Shown piece after piece: positions 60,135 to 64,000 of a stretch of 64,000 bases of DNA. The position numbers were made by a program, and so were the translations under genes. The DNA comes from an uncultured virus (IMG/VR IMGVR_UViG_3300030294_000014). Taxonomy: Duplodnaviria; Heunggongvirae; Uroviricota; Caudoviricetes. Every line of letters starts with the position of its first letter. Position 1 is the first letter of the stretch. The notes below the pieces were generated by a model. That model made no database searches. It saw only the letters and a list, made by a program, of their open reading frames with translations, and had not been told where the DNA came from. The stretch is taken from IMG/VR virus record IMGVR_UViG_3300030294_000014; one strand, 5' to 3'.

Positions 60135-60407
60135 TTAATTTAGTGGTAAATTTATACTTACTTCTGTTGGTTCATTATCTTCCCATTTAGTTTTAGGAAA
60201 CATTGTTTTAGGAAGTTCAATCTTTGGATCTTTATATAAATCAGCATAGGTTGTTTCTACAAACCAAAAACATTGACTCGTATAATAAGTTTCTTGTTTT
60301 TTAGGTTTTTTACCAACAAACAAATTTAATTCTCCGTCTTTGTCGCGAGCGACGTAAAATTTCTTTTTTATCATAATATTATTCTTTAAAGGTTCATTTC
60401 TTTTCAA
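60135..60407 (-). CDS. Hypothetical phage protein
   Basis: YVARDKDGELNLF...P...FP..KWEDNEP pattern. Confidence 0.65.
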   Translation of the reverse strand: MKRNEPLKNNIMIKKKFYVARDKDGELNLFVGKKPKKQETYYTSQCFWFVETTYADLYKDPKIELPKTMFPKTKWEDNEPTEVSINLPLN

Positions 60408-60795
60408 TCAATCCCTTAGGGCATAAGTCGGCTTGTCTAAGTTGGTCTCTTCTAGTCCATTTGTACTTATCGCAACTTTTAGCTATTTCTAAAGCTTCTG
60501 AATCCGATACGCGAGTTTCGTTTACATTTTCGAAATGAGATTGTATATAAGAGGCAATTTCTTTTATCTCTTTAGCCGCTTCAATTTCAGATTTTGTTAT
60601 CCTACAAAAGCCGTAAGAAGAAACTACATAATTTGTTATAACTTTATTTCCTGAAAAGTTTCTATCTACGCAATTGTTAGCTATTTCGTTAGCCGTATTT
60701 ACAGAAATGTCTTTTCCTTCCATTTCGAAGTTATTCAAAATATAAGAAGTTATTTTTGCGATTTTACCGTTAGATGTTGCGTTTATTGTTTTCAT
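60394..60795 (-). CDS. Early hypothetical protein with internal duplication
   Basis: Two units KITSYILNNFE...ANEIANNC and EIASYIQSHFE...ALEIAKSC. Confidence 0.65.
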   Translation of the reverse strand: MKTINATSNGKIAKITSYILNNFEMEGKDISVNTANEIANNCVDRNFSGNKVITNYVVSSYGFCRITKSEIEAAKEIKEIASYIQSHFENVNETRVSDSEALEIAKSCDKYKWTRRDQLRQADLCPKGLIEKK

Positions 60796-60841
60796 AATGT
60801 TTTGCTCTTTCGAGACTTATTTAATTGTTTTACTCCTTGAT

Positions 60842-60929
60842 AACAATACAAATATACGGACTTCTTGTTAAATAAAAAAACTTTTTCCCAAGTATTTTTG
60901 ATTTTACCCAAAGATTTAACTTCTATTTA
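60842..60929 (-). promoter_or_regulatory. Early promoter repeat, copy 2
   Basis: Near-identical to 43065-43152; contains TATATTTG. Confidence 0.75.
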
Positions 60930-60952
60930 TACTTCTTGTTAGATTTATCAAT

Positions 60953-60983
60953 AAAAAAGCTCCGAACTTCACAGCCCAGAGCT
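60953..60983 (-). terminator. Intrinsic terminator
   Basis: AGCTCTGGGCT GTGA AGTTCGGAGCT TTTTT on minus strand. Confidence 0.8.
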
Positions 60984-61025
60984 AACCTTAAAATATAAAC
61001 GAAACATCCTAAACTTTAAAAATCA

Positions 61026-61259
61026 TTACTTTACCATAATGCCGTATCGAAAATTTATTTTTAATTCTTTTGGTTTTTCGACGGGTCGCTCTTCATAAGT
61101 AAAATATACCTCTTTGACTCCCTTCGTCTCTTTAACAAACTTTCTATGTCTTTCCAAGTCATCTACGAACTCTTTCTTATTATCGTTAAATATCTTGCCA
61201 CCAATATCTTTCCTCATCGACGTTCTGAGTATCAGAAACTCTACATTTTTCTTTGTCAT
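61026..61259 (-). CDS. Hypothetical protein
   Basis: 77 aa ORF. Confidence 0.55.
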   Translation of the reverse strand: MTKKNVEFLILRTSMRKDIGGKIFNDNKKEFVDDLERHRKFVKETKGVKEVYFTYEERPVEKPKELKINFRYGIMVK

Positions 61260-61467
61260 TTGGAACCTCCATATTTATTTTAACATTCTTCTTTCTTGCC
61301 CACGCTATCGTATTTATAGCTTTATTAATAGTAGCCCGCAAGGTTTGAACCTTGTAACTCTTTTCAGTTTCCTCTAATACCTTTATAGGGACTTGATAAT
61401 TATCGAATAATCCATTATTGTTCATAACAGAGTATCTATATATTCCATATTTAATCATTTCAGTCAT
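61186..61467 (-). CDS. Hypothetical protein
   Basis: Likely start MTEMIKY at 61467; the upstream extension runs through an RNA structure. Confidence 0.55.
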   Translation of the reverse strand: MTEMIKYGIYRYSVMNNNGLFDNYQVPIKVLEETEKSYKVQTLRATINKAINTIAWARKKNVKINMEVPNDKEKCRVSDTQNVDEERYWWQDI

Positions 61468-61598
61468 ACTTCCTATTTTTTTGATAAGGAAGAAGAAAAG
61501 AAAAGCTGAAACTAATTTCATTTATCCCTGATAATCTTACAGAGCACTTCTCAATCTTCTTCCTTGATATACTAACTTTGAGGAATTATGTTTCTTTG

Positions 61599-62543
61599 TT
61601 ATTCGTCTTCTTTTCTTTTACCAAAATAATTACGTATCTCCAAAAGAAGATTAGGTTTGTTGGAGTTAAGTCTTATAACTCCATTCCAATCCTTACGAAT
61701 ATCCCGAAGAGGATTGAATCTATTTCTTACGAGAATCTTCCAACGAGAATCATATTGACGATTCTTTTTGTCTCCATGAAAGAAATGAAGTATCGAACCT
61801 TCCATATATCCTATATTCTTTTTAAGTTCTAGTGCTCTTTCTTCCCAAGACTTAAGCATAGAAATATATTGAGGATGCAAATACTTAGGAGAGTTCTTAA
61901 GAACATTACCCATCAAGGCATCGCACATAAGTCTATCGGCACTTCCGATTATAGAATAATCTATTAATCCGCCAAGAGTTTCTATTGCGTGTCTGGTATA
62001 AGCCCAAGCGTACCCACAATGATCATGTACTTCTCTTCCTACTTTAAAATATCCCTTACCCGAAAAATTGCCTTCGTTAAGATGTTCATAGATACTTCCA
62101 TAATTCTTTTGATAGGGATTGAAATTTCTATCTAGGTCAAGAGCTTCTGAGAACATCTGTATAACATCGTAATGTTGTAAAAGATTTATTGTTTCATCTA
62201 CCCAATTGAAATTTACAAACTGTATGTCATCGTCGATACAAGCTACATACTTCCAATCTTCAGGCAATTTAGAAATTCCTATATTCAATAAATTTTCTTT
62301 TAACCAAATCTCGCTATCGTTGTGAACTTTTATAGGTACAACGATATGATTTTCTCCTAGTGATACAATAACGGGTTGCCGATCTTCAAAGACTGCTTCA
62401 ACGGTAATCATTACGGCTCCTGCGTCAATAATTCTCTTTACAAATTCCATATGATGCTTCCAACGAGTTTCATATCTTTGAGAATTAAAAATTGAGCTAA
62501 CAACATATAACGTAGCTCTAACAGAATCTTTCTTTTCAAACAT
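61599..62543 (-). CDS. GT-A fold glycosyltransferase-like protein
   Basis: WLKENLLNIG, YVACIDDDIQF (DxD), HCGYAWA...GGL...GSAD and HFFHG motifs. Confidence 0.7.
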   Translation of the reverse strand: MFEKKDSVRATLYVVSSIFNSQRYETRWKHHMEFVKRIIDAGAVMITVEAVFEDRQPVIVSLGENHIVVPIKVHNDSEIWLKENLLNIGISKLPEDWKYVACIDDDIQFVNFNWVDETINLLQHYDVIQMFSEALDLDRNFNPYQKNYGSIYEHLNEGNFSGKGYFKVGREVHDHCGYAWAYTRHAIETLGGLIDYSIIGSADRLMCDALMGNVLKNSPKYLHPQYISMLKSWEERALELKKNIGYMEGSILHFFHGDKKNRQYDSRWKILVRNRFNPLRDIRKDWNGVIRLNSNKPNLLLEIRNYFGKRKEDE

Positions 62544-62565
62544 AATTTGTATTTATTTTGTGTCG

Positions 62566-63234
62566 TTACTTTTCTTCTCTATCTAAGAATTTATATCCAA
62601 ATGGAAAATGCTTATCGTAATCCTTTCTCAATTGACTATTTGTATAGCCGATAGGAAAATAATGAGCTATCTTGTAATATCCAAGGCGATTGGTTTTTTC
62701 TAAGAAGCCTACTTTCTCTGACATATTACGAATACAATCAATCGTCGCCTTAGAATAATCTGTAAAACCCTTAGAACTTAATTCATTTATTATTCCTTGA
62801 CGAGTTATGATAACTCCGACTTCTTTAGAATTTACATAATCTCGGAAGGTTGACCAAATAGTTTTCGTTTTATCTTTAATTGTACCGCTTCCTCCTAATT
62901 CTTCTAATCTCCTAACTGCTTTTTTCAAAACGTCGATAACATTAGCGTTAATATAATCTCTGACGTTCTGTTGAGTTTGTGACTTTGTATCTCCTTTAAT
63001 GTAACCGCTTTTTAGCAATACTTCTCCGTCTACCTCTACATAAAGTCTTCTCAAAACTCCATCTTCGCAAACGCTCTGGTCAGAAGAAAAATTTTGTAGA
63101 AGACGAAATGTAACTTCTGCTTCGTTACTTGGCCAATATCTGGTATCGACGCTAATGATATCAAAATCCAAGTCCATCTTTCCTCCGCAGTCAGAAGAAA
63201 ATGGTATATCCTTTGTAACGTCTAATTTGTTCAT
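62566..63234 (-). CDS. Hypothetical protein, possible C-terminal winged helix
   Basis: ITRQGII...SKATIDCIRNMSEKVGFLEK. Confidence 0.55.
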   Translation of the reverse strand: MNKLDVTKDIPFSSDCGGKMDLDFDIISVDTRYWPSNEAEVTFRLLQNFSSDQSVCEDGVLRRLYVEVDGEVLLKSGYIKGDTKSQTQQNVRDYINANVIDVLKKAVRRLEELGGSGTIKDKTKTIWSTFRDYVNSKEVGVIITRQGIINELSSKGFTDYSKATIDCIRNMSEKVGFLEKTNRLGYYKIAHYFPIGYTNSQLRKDYDKHFPFGYKFLDREEK

Positions 63235-63770
63235 ATCTTTTCTTTCTTAAGATTCTCACGTAAGTCTCTAACGTTCAAAGATAGTTCTTTCGATATCGCC
63301 ATAGTTTTTTCAATTGAATCGGAAGAGCCTACTAAAATAGTATAAGCTTCGGGAAACTCTTCTTTTATCCTTTTGTAAGTCTTAAGCCTACGAAGAACAT
63401 TTTTAATTTGATTTCTCCGTTCATCTTGTTGATCGCATATATGATTGTATTCCTCTACATTTTCTTCAAGGATAGTCTTAAGAACAGGTTCATTGACAAG
63501 TTCTTCGGCTCTTTCAAATATTGGAGTATTTGGATAAATATACCACCAACTTCCCAATAATTGAACTCCTATACAATCTTGTACTTTTAGTTTATCGCCA
63601 TATTTAGAATGCCAAAAATCAATTACTTCTTTCGGAAGATTTTCTACGCAAGCTTTGCCTACGATATTATTGACTTTCTCTTTAATCTCTTTTCTTTTAT
63701 CGTCATAAGGTTTCAAAAGATTCAAACAAACCTTCTCAATTTTTACTTCTGAAATAACTTCTCTTCCCAT
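63231..63770 (-). CDS. Nmad5-like (nucleotide modification-associated domain 5) protein
   Basis: IKNVLRRLKTYKRIKEEFPEA matches the T-x-K-x-L-x-E-x-(F/W)PE pattern. Confidence 0.55.
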   Translation of the reverse strand: MGREVISEVKIEKVCLNLLKPYDDKRKEIKEKVNNIVGKACVENLPKEVIDFWHSKYGDKLKVQDCIGVQLLGSWWYIYPNTPIFERAEELVNEPVLKTILEENVEEYNHICDQQDERRNQIKNVLRRLKTYKRIKEEFPEAYTILVGSSDSIEKTMAISKELSLNVRDLRENLKKEKI

Positions 63771-63809
63771 GATATTTATATGTTAAATAATTTTTATTTT
63801 AAAACTTTG

Positions 63810-64000
63810 TTAAAGAATATGTCTATAAATTAAAGTATTGAATATTCCTATCGGCGTCATTATCAATAATACCCAGAACGTATTCCAAAAGCCGAATGTC
63901 ATCAACACATTTATATTGTCGGCTCCCATGACTTGTAATAAAGATAGTATTAGAAATACAGGAAATGCTACTGAAAATACAGCTCCCATTATTCCGAAGA
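63810..64000 (-). CDS. Membrane protein, partial (starts beyond window)
   Basis: Open frame FGIMGAVFSVAFPVFLILSLL...FWVLLIMTPIGIF to TAA at 63810. Confidence 0.6.
   Translation of the reverse strand, partial: FGIMGAVFSVAFPVFLILSLLQVMGADNINVLMTFGFWNTFWVLLIMTPIGIFNTLIYRHIL

Noticed and set aside
61505..61535. Hammerhead ribozyme (GAAAC ... CTGATAA on plus strand)
   Set aside because: The core requires CUGANGA and correctly placed stems, which are not met.
3588..61832. Plus-strand ORFs and nested minus-strand ORFs in the track (e.g. 3588, 16676, 24482, 24550, 59285)
   Set aside because: They are shadows of longer, well-supported minus-strand genes, with low-complexity F/S/L/I composition.
1..64000. 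CRISPR array, integrase or IS element
   Set aside because: No regularly spaced repeat-spacer units, recombinase or transposase motifs were recognised.

Overview
A 64 kb, AT-rich segment of a large lytic myovirus genome. All credible genes are on the minus strand and use the standard code. The virion module has a SPO1/Twort (Herelleviridae)-like gene order: terminase ... portal ... prohead protease, major capsid, neck proteins, sheath, tube, chaperones, tape measure, hub, spike, wedge, baseplate J, fibre. Bacteroidota-type TAnnTTTG promoters and a Gly-resume tmRNA tag point to a Bacteroidota host (inference). Interspersed genes include lysis genes, class II RNR, dUTPase, a ferritin-like protein, two exonucleases, HU and many small hypothetical proteins. 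The first highlight is a compact, circularly permuted two-piece tmRNA gene at about 57760-58140. It has a G3-U Ala acceptor stem, a 16-aa tag ending in AAA, a structured 163-nt intervening segment, and its own promoter motif and terminator. The second is a candidate sugar hypermodification pathway: a GT-B glycosyltransferase, PIG-L deacetylase and radical SAM operon inside the head module, plus a 5-hmdU DNA kinase-like gene, an Nmad5-like gene and a second glycosyltransferase. Also visible are phage promoter motifs, repeated prohead-protease sites, an apparently catalytically dead amidase and several candidate structured RNAs. All protein family calls come from motif recognition by eye, not database searches.
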